DNA of 58,449 nucleotides from a virus (Duplodnaviria; Caudoviricetes). Every line of letters begins with the position of its first letter. Within the stretch, counting starts at the first letter, position 1. A model generated the notes under the pieces. It made no database searches and had not been told where the DNA came from. It saw nothing but the letters and a program-made list of their open reading frames with translations. Position numbers and translations under genes: made by a program. Where the stretch lies: IMG/VR virus record IMGVR_UViG_3300017913_001414, positions 1 through 58,449 of that record; one strand, given 5' to 3'. Positions 9,890 through 18,747 of this stretch are shown here, piece by piece.

Positions 9890-10011
9890 TTGTTTTGACC
9901 GGACTGGCAATGGGTATCGGATTATTGTATTATAGTCCTGAGTTTCAAGAGGCTCTGGTCACCCAGAAAAAGGGTGAGTTGGTCAGGGCGTGGCTTTGCC
10001 AATGTTATTAA
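9868..10011 (+). CDS. 47-aa membrane peptide (not in ORF track)
   Basis: GGAGG upstream of ATG; MDRYCSLIVLTGLAMGIGLLYYSPEFQ...; fills the apparent intergenic gap. Confidence 0.55.
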   Translation: MDRYCSLIVLTGLAMGIGLLYYSPEFQEALVTQKKGELVRAWLCQCY

Positions 10012-10020
10012 GGGAATAGG

Positions 10021-10977
10021 ATGCCTAGTAACTACACAGACAATAACAAGCTGGAGAAAATCGGCACCGGTGAACAGGCTGGTACTTGGGGTAACACCAC
10101 CAACACCAACTTCGATATTGTTGACGCCGCGCTTAGTGGCGTTGTTAGCTTCACCGTTTCCGGCGCTTCATCGAATCTAACATCGACAGACGGCACCCTC
10201 ACAAACGCGACTCGCAAGATGCTTGTGATTACCGCTGCCTCAGAAAACCACACGATTACCATCGACCCGAATACAGTTGAGAAGGTGTATTACGTTGTCA
10301 ATGACAGTGGTTATCAAATCACGTTTACTCAAGGGACTGGCGGGAACGTAGCCATACCAGATGGCAAGAACGCCTTCATATATGCAGACGGCGCAGGCTC
10401 TGGCGCAAAGGTCGCTGAGTTCAAACCAAACGACCCAACAAACCTTGACGCTAGCCTTGCCTCAACAACAACGGATGTGACCGGAAGTGATTTTGTCTTC
10501 TTTGCTGACGCTAGTGATAGCAATAATATTAAGAAAGCCACGATAACAAACGCGGCTCTTCAGGGTCCCACTGGCCCCACGGGACCTTCAGGTAGTGATG
10601 GCAACACAGGACCCACTGGACCCACTGGACCCACTGGACCTACAGGACCAACTGGGCCAACAGGACCCGCTGGTAACCCAAACACCACATTCGCTGCTAT
10701 TGGCTCCTACGCTATAGCATTTAACACCAGCAACAATGTTGTAACGGCTGTGGGAAGCAATGTTTCGGGTTCAAATCTAGCGTATTATGCAAATACCCAA
10801 ACTAACGAAGGTAATAGCACTAGCTTTGGGGGTTGGGTTACGGACAGAAACAATAACCTCTTAACCACTCTTAATGGGACATGGAGGAACATGGGTCCCC
10901 AGAGGAATAAAAGATTTACAGTTGACGGCAAGGAAGGCCCCTTTTACGCATTAAATCTTTTTGTCAGGGTTTCTTAA
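10021..10977 (+). CDS. tail fibre with collagen-like (GPT)n repeat
   Basis: [21 protein letters not shown]-terminus; GPT repeats at about 10564-10680. Confidence 0.8.
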   Translation: MPSNYTDNNKLEKIGTGEQAGTWGNTTNTNFDIVDAALSGVVSFTVSGASSNLTSTDGTLTNATRKMLVITAASENHTITIDPNTVEKVYYVVNDSGYQITFTQGTGGNVAIPDGKNAFIYADGAGSGAKVAEFKPNDPTNLDASLASTTTDVTGSDFVFFADASDSNNIKKATITNAALQGPTGPTGPSGSDGNTGPTGPTGPTGPTGPTGPTGPAGNPNTTFAAIGSYAIAFNTSNNVVTAVGSNVSGSNLAYYANTQTNEGNSTSFGGWVTDRNNNLLTTLNGTWRNMGPQRNKRFTVDGKEGPFYALNLFVRVS

Positions 10978-10996
10978 AGCTAGAGGTTGAGAGAAG

Positions 10997-11251
10997 ATGC
11001 AGGTTGATTCTATACAGGTGGAGTATGTTGTTCATGGTAGTGCAGTCTGGGCAACGTCGGAGCAAGAAAATACCTTTGACTGTATTGTGAAGTTTTCTCA
11101 TTTAGACGGGGAGACGGAGTTCACCTGTCACAAGGATGATGAATTACCCCATAACCTAGAGGTGTACAACATTGTCATTAATGGAGAAGCCGGGGAGATA
11201 TCGCCATATATAGAGCCAGAGGATTTTGAGGGGGACGAAGAGGTAATATAA
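10997..11251 (+). CDS. putative tail fibre assembly chaperone
   Basis: DC.VKF....EFT...DD...H....Y......GE.G.I..Y pattern, directly downstream of the fibre gene. Confidence 0.55.
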   Translation: MQVDSIQVEYVVHGSAVWATSEQENTFDCIVKFSHLDGETEFTCHKDDELPHNLEVYNIVINGEAGEISPYIEPEDFEGDEEVI

Positions 11252-11254
11252 TCT

Positions 11255-11788
11255 ATGTTATGGAGGATGTTCCCGGGTGCCTTTCCGGAAGAAAAATGTG
11301 ATGAGATAATATCTCTAGGGCTTTCTCTTGGCACAGAGGACGCAACTGTATTCAATAATTCAGAAAGTGTGAGGCGCAGCCAAGTCGGTTGGATTGATAA
11401 TCGAGAGCTACTTGAAAACCTCCACCACTTAGTGACTATCGCAAACAGCGAATTGTTTGCTTTTGATGTTCACAAGGTTGCGCCGATTCAGTTCACTAAA
11501 TACTCATCAGATGACAGTGGTTGGTATGATTGGCACCATGATGTTGACTATGCCAGCACTAAGGCCTTTTCCAGAAAGCTATCGGTTACCGTGCAGTTAT
11601 CAGACCCGAGAGCCTACGCTGGAGGGGATTTGCAGTTTTCAGAGTGTGAAAATCCAGACTCAGAGGTGCTTAGGGCAAAGGGGACGGCAATAGTGTTCCC
11701 TTCATATTTGAGGCATAGAGTAACACCAGTAACTAGCGGAAGGCGCTATAGTTTGGTATCTTGGTTTGAGGGTCCAAGATGGAGATAA
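11255..11788 (+). CDS. 2OG-Fe(II) oxygenase (prolyl hydroxylase-like)
   Basis: WHHD, RKLS.TVQL, FPSY..HRVTPVT.G.RYSLV.W. Confidence 0.9.
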   Translation: MLWRMFPGAFPEEKCDEIISLGLSLGTEDATVFNNSESVRRSQVGWIDNRELLENLHHLVTIANSELFAFDVHKVAPIQFTKYSSDDSGWYDWHHDVDYASTKAFSRKLSVTVQLSDPRAYAGGDLQFSECENPDSEVLRAKGTAIVFPSYLRHRVTPVTSGRRYSLVSWFEGPRWR

Positions 11789-11789
11789 T

Positions 11790-13868
11790 ATGCCGCTGCA
11801 AAAACTTAATTTTACGCCGGGCATCAATCAAGACGTAACGTCACTCAGTGACGGCACCGGGTTTACCGATTGCGATAAGGTGCGCTTTCGGCTTGGCTAT
11901 GCTGAGAAAATTGGTGGTTGGGAAAAGTATTCTCCAAACACATATCGGGGAACGGCACGGGACTTGCATGACTGGGTCGCGCTTGATGGCTCCCAATATT
12001 TAGGGGTAGGAACCAGCAACAAATACTACATCGAAGAGGGCCAGACCTTTAACGATATTACACCGGTACGCGCAACTACATCCGCTGGCGACCTAACCTT
12101 TGATACGACATTAGGTTCCACAACCGTTCAGGTAAATGACTCCGACCACGGCGCGGTTCTTGGTGATTTTGTAACTATTAGTGGCGCTGATGATGCGGGC
12201 GGGGTTGTGGCTGCCGACCTGAACAAAGAGCATGAGATTACCAGAATTGTCTCCGGTAATGCTTATGAGATTGTTGTGGCAAATGCAGCAACCTCTACCC
12301 AAAGCGGTGGAGGTGGCTCCTCTGCCATAGGTGAGTATCAGTTGAGCGTTGGTCTTGACGCTTCTGTCGCAGGTACAGGTTGGGGTGCTGGGGTCTGGGG
12401 CGGCCAAGAGACAGCAGCAGTCACATCGACACTAAACGAGGGCGGCACGCTATCGGCCACCGACACCACCATCACGTTAACTAGCGCGGCTAGTTTTCCC
12501 GATAATGGTGTTGTTGTTATTGAGTCAGAGGTCATTATTTATACCGGTAAAAGTACCAATGACCTGACCGGATGTCAGCGCGGTTCTTACGGGACGACAG
12601 CCGCGACACACGCCGATGGCACAACTGTAACCGATGGTAGTAAGGGTTGGGGCATACCGGTTGGGGTTGGCTCAGAGAATGAACTCCGTCTTTGGAGTCA
12701 TGATAATTTCGGTGAGGACTTAATAATAAATCCTCGTGATGGTGGTATTTACTACTGGGATAGGACGAATGGCGTAAGCGATAGGGCTGTAAATATCACG
12801 GGCCTGTCTGGTGCTGATAACCCCCCAGTAGTTGCAAAGCAAGTTCTGGTTTCCGATATAGACCGTCACGTGATTGCATTTGGTGCCAACACACTGGGGA
12901 CCTCAATTCAAGACCCTCTTCTTATTCGATTCTCAGACCAAGAGAGTGCTACCGAATGGAACCCAGCGTCCGACAATACCTCCGGCTCTCTGCGTCTCGG
13001 CACAGGCTCTAAAATAATGCAAGCGCTAGAGACTAAGCGCGAGATTCTTGTTTGGACTGATGTTTCCCTGCACTCTATGCGCTTTATTGGCCCGCCATTC
13101 ACATTCGGCATAGAGCAGATTGCATCAGGGATTACTATAGCAAGTCCCAACTCCGCCGCTGCCGCTGAGGAGAATGTGTACTGGATGGGGATTGACAATT
13201 TTTATATTTACAATGGTCAAACAAGCCAGCTTCCATGCACCGTAAAGGACAAGGTGTTTTTGGATTTCAACACTGAGCAGCGTGAGAAGGTTGTCGGTGG
13301 TATTAACAGTGAATACAACGAGGCAATTTGGTTTTACCCGAGCGCCAACTCAGAAGAGAACGATAGATATGTAATATATAATTACAAAGAAAACCTGTGG
13401 TATTTTGGCAGCATGGTTCGTACGGCTTGGATTGACCGTGGTGTAAAACAGTTCCCTGTGGCCGCTGGCTCCTCATACCTATACAGTCACGAAGTAGGCT
13501 ACAATGACGACACATCAGCGATGAGTTCATTTGTAGAGACAGGCAGTATAGATTTGGATGATGGTGACAGATTCTTGTTCCTGCGCCGTATAATACCTGA
13601 CCTTACATTCAAAGGCTCCACCGAAAACTCAAGCCCACAAGGTACGATAACAATTAAGGCGAGAGATTTTCCGGGCAGCGGCACCGATGACACTGATAGC
13701 GGCACTATATCTAGAACAGTAAGCTCACCAGTTGAGGAGTTTACCGACCAGATACACCTTCGTGTGCGTGGTCGTTCATTCAAGTTTCGCTTTGAGTCCG
13801 ATGCGTCAGACACCAGATGGCGTCTTGGAACACCCAGAGCAGACATAAGAACTGATGGGAGGCGATAA
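11790..13868 (+). CDS. tail nozzle / packaged-DNA stabilisation protein (P22 gp10-like)
   Basis: Start corrected to MPLQKL after a GGAG RBS; D.DKVRFR.G..EKIGGW and IRFSDQE motifs; beta-propeller-like composition. Confidence 0.7.
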   Translation: MPLQKLNFTPGINQDVTSLSDGTGFTDCDKVRFRLGYAEKIGGWEKYSPNTYRGTARDLHDWVALDGSQYLGVGTSNKYYIEEGQTFNDITPVRATTSAGDLTFDTTLGSTTVQVNDSDHGAVLGDFVTISGADDAGGVVAADLNKEHEITRIVSGNAYEIVVANAATSTQSGGGGSSAIGEYQLSVGLDASVAGTGWGAGVWGGQETAAVTSTLNEGGTLSATDTTITLTSAASFPDNGVVVIESEVIIYTGKSTNDLTGCQRGSYGTTAATHADGTTVTDGSKGWGIPVGVGSENELRLWSHDNFGEDLIINPRDGGIYYWDRTNGVSDRAVNITGLSGADNPPVVAKQVLVSDIDRHVIAFGANTLGTSIQDPLLIRFSDQESATEWNPASDNTSGSLRLGTGSKIMQALETKREILVWTDVSLHSMRFIGPPFTFGIEQIASGITIASPNSAAAAEENVYWMGIDNFYIYNGQTSQLPCTVKDKVFLDFNTEQREKVVGGINSEYNEAIWFYPSANSEENDRYVIYNYKENLWYFGSMVRTAWIDRGVKQFPVAAGSSYLYSHEVGYNDDTSAMSSFVETGSIDLDDGDRFLFLRRIIPDLTFKGSTENSSPQGTITIKARDFPGSGTDDTDSGTISRTVSSPVEEFTDQIHLRVRGRSFKFRFESDASDTRWRLGTPRADIRTDGRR

Positions 13869-14098
13869 TGGCCTTACGTGAACTGGCTGCGCCGAGACTA
13901 CCGACACCACCAGCCCAGATAACACAACAATATATGAGTGACCTAATTAGGGCGCTTGAAGTGTTCATGTCTCAAGAGAGAAACCCGGGTGAGTTGCGCG
14001 GTACAAAAATAACACTGACAGACCTACCCACCAGCGCAACAGGATTGGAGACGGGTGCTTTGTATAATGACTCCGGAACTGTTAAAATAGTTACATAA
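13868..14098 (+). CDS. small virion protein
   Basis: LPTSATGLETGALYNDSGTVKI motif typical of the gene after the nozzle. Confidence 0.7.
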   Translation: MALRELAAPRLPTPPAQITQQYMSDLIRALEVFMSQERNPGELRGTKITLTDLPTSATGLETGALYNDSGTVKIVT

Positions 14099-14114
14099 AA
14101 CTTTTGGAGACACT

Positions 14115-14510
14115 ATGTTAAACGCACTGATAGGACCAGTCACTGGACTTCTTGATAAGTTTGTAGAAGACAAAGACCAGAAGGCTAAGTTGGCGCATGA
14201 CCTAGCAACTATGGCTGAGAGACATGCTCACGATTTAGCTAGGGGCCAGATGGAGATTAACAAGCAAGAGGCTGCCTCTCGCAATGTGTTTGTCGCTGGT
14301 TGGCGTCCCTTTATCGGTTGGGTCTGTGGTGTTGCTATGGCTTGGCATTTCGTCATTGCACCGTTTGTTATGTTCTTCGCCACTTGGTTCGGCGCAGAAA
14401 TACCAGAACTCCCTGTCTTTGACATGGATAGTCTGATGACTGTCCTTCTTGGTATGCTTGGCTTAGGTGGTCTCCGCACATATGAAAAATCCAAAGGGCT
14501 ATCTAAGTAA
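14115..14510 (+). CDS. holin (3-TM, GTA-release family-like)
   Basis: FVAGWRPFIGWVCG and L.GMLGLGGLRT.EK motifs. Confidence 0.85.
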   Translation: MLNALIGPVTGLLDKFVEDKDQKAKLAHDLATMAERHAHDLARGQMEINKQEAASRNVFVAGWRPFIGWVCGVAMAWHFVIAPFVMFFATWFGAEIPELPVFDMDSLMTVLLGMLGLGGLRTYEKSKGLSK

Positions 14511-14719
14511 TGACTGAAGACAATAATATTGTAGATAAGGGCGCTTATCAAAAGAACCGCCGATACATGGCTTGGGCCTGTCTGGGTATGATGTTGGTTA
14601 GTACAATCGCCGTGCTTCTTACCCCAGAAAGGTTTCAGTCAGCGGAGGCTATATTAATGATGATGTATGGCTCGCTGTCTGCTGTTGTGGCAGCTTATTT
14701 TGGGTTCGCTAAAAAGTAG
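14510..14719 (+). CDS. two-TM membrane protein
   Basis: NRRYMAW followed by two hydrophobic helices ending VVAAYFG. Confidence 0.7.
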   Translation: MTEDNNIVDKGAYQKNRRYMAWACLGMMLVSTIAVLLTPERFQSAEAILMMMYGSLSAVVAAYFGFAKK

Positions 14720-14778
14720 ACAAGCTAGAGCGAATAATGCTCTAGTTATGTTCTCGATTTGTTTTGAGGGGACACTAA

Positions 14779-15843
14779 ATGACTAACGCACACAGCGAAG
14801 ACTCGCTGAAAAATATAGCAACCATATTTATCCAAAGTGGTTCGAGTGTAACAAAGGCAGCTAGGGCCGCCGGAGTTCCAAGAACAACCATGCAGAGCAG
14901 GGTGGATGCCGCTAGGTTAAAGGGATATTTAGAGGGAAGTGAGTTCGGCAGGGATTACCAAGAAGCTGTCAAGATAGAGACAGAGGATTCTGCGCCGATT
15001 GTTACCGTAAAGCCAAGACTTACAATCATACAGAGACCTGAGGCTAAGGGTGTGAATAAGCGTATCTTAGCCATAGGTGATGCTCACGACAGCCCTCACA
15101 TACCAGACAAAAGTAGGTTCTATGCGCTTGGTAAGTATGCTCGTGATAATGACATTGACAAAGTAATACAGATTGGCGACTTCGCCTCACTCGATTCATT
15201 GAGTAGGCATGATGCTAACGACACCCTGAAGGGGCGCGAGAAGCCCAGCTTTGACGATGATATGCTCTCATTTAGTGACGCCCTGTCAGCCTTTCATGAT
15301 GGCCTCGGTGGTAGGAGAGTTGAGAAGCATGTTGTTCTTGGTAACCACGAGGACAGGATATGGAGTTTTACAAACAGGAATCCCGAGGTTGTTCATATAT
15401 TAGATAATATCCTTTATCAGAATCTAAACATGTACGGCTGGACCTACTCTCCATTTGGCGAGTTGTACTTTGAGGGGGATGTAGCATTTACGCACGTTCC
15501 CCTTAATACTATGGGTAAAGCTTACGGAGGTATGCACTGCGAGAACCAGATAGCAAGAGATAGCCTGCACGATATTGTGTTTGGTCATACTCACAAAAGG
15601 TTAGATAAAACTTTTCCAAAGCTGGGCGGACAGAGCATTACTGTGATAAACTTAGGTTGCGCCCTACCAGATGGGCATATCGAAGACTATGCTAAACATA
15701 GTCTAACTGGCTGGAGTTATGGGGCTTATGACATCACAATCAAAGATGGGAAAATTTCTGAAAGGACTTGGATTCCAATGGGCAAGCTCAAAGAAGAATA
15801 CTCAGAAGGATACAAGCACATCGAGCATGGAGAACAGTCGTAA
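14779..15843 (+). CDS. calcineurin-like metallophosphoesterase with N-terminal HTH
   Basis: GDAH, GDFASLD, GNHE, FTH and GHTH motifs; SVTKAARAAGVPRTT HTH. Confidence 0.85.
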   Translation: MTNAHSEDSLKNIATIFIQSGSSVTKAARAAGVPRTTMQSRVDAARLKGYLEGSEFGRDYQEAVKIETEDSAPIVTVKPRLTIIQRPEAKGVNKRILAIGDAHDSPHIPDKSRFYALGKYARDNDIDKVIQIGDFASLDSLSRHDANDTLKGREKPSFDDDMLSFSDALSAFHDGLGGRRVEKHVVLGNHEDRIWSFTNRNPEVVHILDNILYQNLNMYGWTYSPFGELYFEGDVAFTHVPLNTMGKAYGGMHCENQIARDSLHDIVFGHTHKRLDKTFPKLGGQSITVINLGCALPDGHIEDYAKHSLTGWSYGAYDITIKDGKISERTWIPMGKLKEEYSEGYKHIEHGEQS

Positions 15844-16249
15844 CATCAACCTTATCGTCATTCATTGCGCCGACACACCTGAGGGCAGGGATATAAGCAC
15901 AGATGAAATCAAGCGCTGGCATATGGAAGAGCGTGGGTGGTCTGATATTGGCTATCATTATGTTGTTGAGCTTGATGGTAAAATCTGTAAAGGACGCCCT
16001 GAAGAGGTAGCGGGGGCGCACGCCAGAGGTTATAATAGCACATCGATAGGTGTTTGTTATGTAGGCGGTGCTGACAAGGATGGCAACGCCAAAGATACCA
16101 GAACTGAAAGTCAAAAACAGTCTCTGGATACTTTGTTGGAAGGTCTGCTAGTGAACTATCCTGATGCTCAAATAGTTGGGCATAGAGACTTGGATAATGG
16201 GAAGGCTTGCCCTTCCTTTGATGCGAAAAAGGAATACGAGGCTTTCTGA
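15827..16249 (+). CDS. N-acetylmuramoyl-L-alanine amidase endolysin (T7 lysozyme-like)
   Basis: IVIHCA, WH..RGWSDIGYHY, GAH..GYN..SIGVC, GHRD, KACPSF; start corrected to MENSRN. Confidence 0.92.
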   Translation: MENSRNINLIVIHCADTPEGRDISTDEIKRWHMEERGWSDIGYHYVVELDGKICKGRPEEVAGAHARGYNSTSIGVCYVGGADKDGNAKDTRTESQKQSLDTLLEGLLVNYPDAQIVGHRDLDNGKACPSFDAKKEYEAF

Positions 16250-17379
16250 TGGCTCTTCCCCTTCTCTTAGGTTTGGTTGCACCCAGCTTGGCTGTAGGCA
16301 CTGGGATAAGCGCCGCAACAGCTGCTGCTTTAGGCACTGGTCTTGGGCAGTTTATTGAGACCGGAGATTTGGAAGAAGGTATTGCCGCTGGTCTTACTGG
16401 CTATCTTGGTGGTAAAGCCCTCGGCGGTATGTTTGGTGGTTCTGGTAAGCAAGCGGCGGACGCAGCCACTGCCACAACAGAAGCCGCAGCCGCAACGCAA
16501 GCACCAGCTGCTGTATCTAATATGCCGCCTCTCCCTCCTACCATTGAGGCAGCTAGAGATGCGGGCATACAAGCCAGTATAAGTCCAGCAGCCACACAAG
16601 CAGCTTCGACTACCGCGCAGACAGCACCCACCCTCTCAGAAAAACTGGCCCAAGATTTTGTCGTTGACCCGCAGGCTATAACGGGTGCTTTGTACGCTGA
16701 GGCTGTAAGGATGCCAGAGGAGGAGGAAGAAGAAGAAAAAGAGGTCGTGGATTTCACTCGCTCAGAAGCGGTCACTAGGGAGGCTAATTACCCCGGGTCG
16801 GTCTCAACAACTGGGCGCGAGTTTGTTTACTTCAAGGAGGGTGGTTTAGCTTCTCTGAAGGGGGGAGGATTCCCTGACCTCAGCGGTGACGGTGAGACAA
16901 CCATGAAGGATGTTCTCATTGGTCGAGGTGTGATTAATAAACAGGAGGGGGGAGAGATGCCAAACGATAAGGACGTTATCGTTATGGCGGTAGATGCTAT
17001 CAAGGGTAAGTCTGACGCCCCTGAGATTGCTCTCGCAAGATTTGTGGAGCGCTACGGGGAACAGAGCTTGATGGATTTGGTTGAGCGTGTCCGCACCGGA
17101 GAGTTCGATATGAACGCGCAGCGCACAGAGGGCAAAGTGAACGGCGCAGGTGACGGCATGGATGATATGATTCCTGCTACTTTGGAGGGCGAACAGGATG
17201 TAGTTCTTAGCGATGGTGAGTTTATTGTTCCCGCTGACGTTGTCAGTGGTTTGGGCAATGGCTCCTCAGACGCTGGGTCTAAACGCCTATACGATATGAT
17301 GGAGAGAGTCCGTCAGCTTCGTACAGGTCAATCTGAACAACCCAAGCAGGTTAGCCCGGAGAAGATGTTACCTGCATGA
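16249..17379 (+). CDS. internal virion / ejection-associated protein
   Basis: Gly/Ala hydrophobic N-terminus; G.GDGMDD.IPA...LSDGEF.VPADVVS.LG.GSS.AG C-terminal domain. Confidence 0.7.
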   Translation: MALPLLLGLVAPSLAVGTGISAATAAALGTGLGQFIETGDLEEGIAAGLTGYLGGKALGGMFGGSGKQAADAATATTEAAAATQAPAAVSNMPPLPPTIEAARDAGIQASISPAATQAASTTAQTAPTLSEKLAQDFVVDPQAITGALYAEAVRMPEEEEEEEKEVVDFTRSEAVTREANYPGSVSTTGREFVYFKEGGLASLKGGGFPDLSGDGETTMKDVLIGRGVINKQEGGEMPNDKDVIVMAVDAIKGKSDAPEIALARFVERYGEQSLMDLVERVRTGEFDMNAQRTEGKVNGAGDGMDDMIPATLEGEQDVVLSDGEFIVPADVVSGLGNGSSDAGSKRLYDMMERVRQLRTGQSEQPKQVSPEKMLPA

Positions 17380-17795
17380 TTGTGACGATTGTTCCACAGG
17401 AAGCTATAGACTTCATGTGGCCCCAATGCGAACCGCACCTCAGTAGGGCGGTGGACAGAGCTAGCGAAATGTTTGACGTTAGCGATATATATTTAGGGGC
17501 CAAAATGGGTTATTATGGCTTGTGGGTTGTGATGGAAGGGGAGCAGGTTATTGCTTCGTATTCCACCCGCATGGTGTCTTACCCAAAAAGGAAGGCGCTC
17601 GTGATTGATTTTATGGGGGGCGACAAGCTCAATGAGTGGTTGCCCCAGATGGTAGAAGTAACAGGCGATTTCGCCAAACTTAATGGATGCAGTAATTTGG
17701 AAGCATACGGAAGACACGGTTGGAAGAAACCTCTAGCCAAGCTGAACTGGACAGCTGACACCGTTTGCTACAATTTGGAGCTTAACAATGAGTAA
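17376..17795 (+). CDS. GNAT-fold-like virion assembly protein
   Basis: YP.RK.L...F.GG...W and GC..LE.YGR.GW motifs; lies before the ejection genes. Confidence 0.6.
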   Translation: MIVTIVPQEAIDFMWPQCEPHLSRAVDRASEMFDVSDIYLGAKMGYYGLWVVMEGEQVIASYSTRMVSYPKRKALVIDFMGGDKLNEWLPQMVEVTGDFAKLNGCSNLEAYGRHGWKKPLAKLNWTADTVCYNLELNNE

Positions 17796-18744
17796 AAGAA
17801 GCGGCGGCGGACAAACCACATCCACAACATACACGAGTAGTGTGCCTGAGTATCTACAGCCATACCTAGAGGATTTGGTTGCTAGAGCCGAGGGCGAAAG
17901 CATGGTTACATACGCCCCATATCAAGGGGGCCGAATTGCTGGCTTGTCCGACCAAGTAGGGCGAGCGCGCACAATGGTCGAGGGGTTGGTTCCCCGGGGG
18001 CAACAAGATGTAGGTGCTGCTAGGTCTGCGATTCAATCTGGTATAGCAACTGGCTCTGACTTGGCATCATTTGTTCCTGAGGGTGGATTTACGCCAGCCC
18101 AACAATTCACTGGGGATGTGGTCCAACAATACATGTCCCCCTACATGCGGTCCGTTTTGGACATGCAGAAGAGGCAGGCAAAGTCAGAGGCGGCAATGGC
18201 TGGCGCTCAAAGGGCATCTGAAGCGGCACAGGCAGGCGCGTTTGGCGGCTCTCGTTTTGCTATACAAGAATCAGAAGCACAGGCGGCCTTGCAGCAGCAG
18301 CTTCAAGACATTGAAGCGAAGGGTATGCAGCGTGCTTATGAGCAAGCTCAAGAGTCATTCTTAGCTGACCGAGAGGCTCAGTTTGCGAGAGAGCAAGCTG
18401 GAGTGCAGGCCGGTATATCTGGTGCTGATGTGGCGAGCAGGGGCGCTCAAGCTATTCAGGAACTTGCTGGAACCGAAGCTGGTTTGGCTGGGCTTCTTGA
18501 ATCAATAGGTCTCGATGTCGAGGCACGCGAGCAGCGTGGCTTGGATATTGCTTATGAGGACTTCCTGCGTCAGCGAGACAAGCCAAGAGAAGATATCCAG
18601 TTCTTGTCTTCTGTTATTCAGGGTATCCCAGCACCAAGCTCTCAAGAGATTGCGAAGTTTGGTCCACAAGCAAGCCCGGCACAGCAGGCTCTTGGCGCGG
18701 GCATAGCTGCCTACTCATTGAACAGAGCATTGGGACAGGGTTAA
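17788..18744 (+). CDS. ejection (DNA pilot) protein
   Basis: Q/A-rich; YMSPY, AGAFGGSR and LD.AY.DF motifs. Confidence 0.7.
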   Translation: MSKRSGGGQTTSTTYTSSVPEYLQPYLEDLVARAEGESMVTYAPYQGGRIAGLSDQVGRARTMVEGLVPRGQQDVGAARSAIQSGIATGSDLASFVPEGGFTPAQQFTGDVVQQYMSPYMRSVLDMQKRQAKSEAAMAGAQRASEAAQAGAFGGSRFAIQESEAQAALQQQLQDIEAKGMQRAYEQAQESFLADREAQFAREQAGVQAGISGADVASRGAQAIQELAGTEAGLAGLLESIGLDVEAREQRGLDIAYEDFLRQRDKPREDIQFLSSVIQGIPAPSSQEIAKFGPQASPAQQALGAGIAAYSLNRALGQG

Positions 18745-18747
18745 GTC

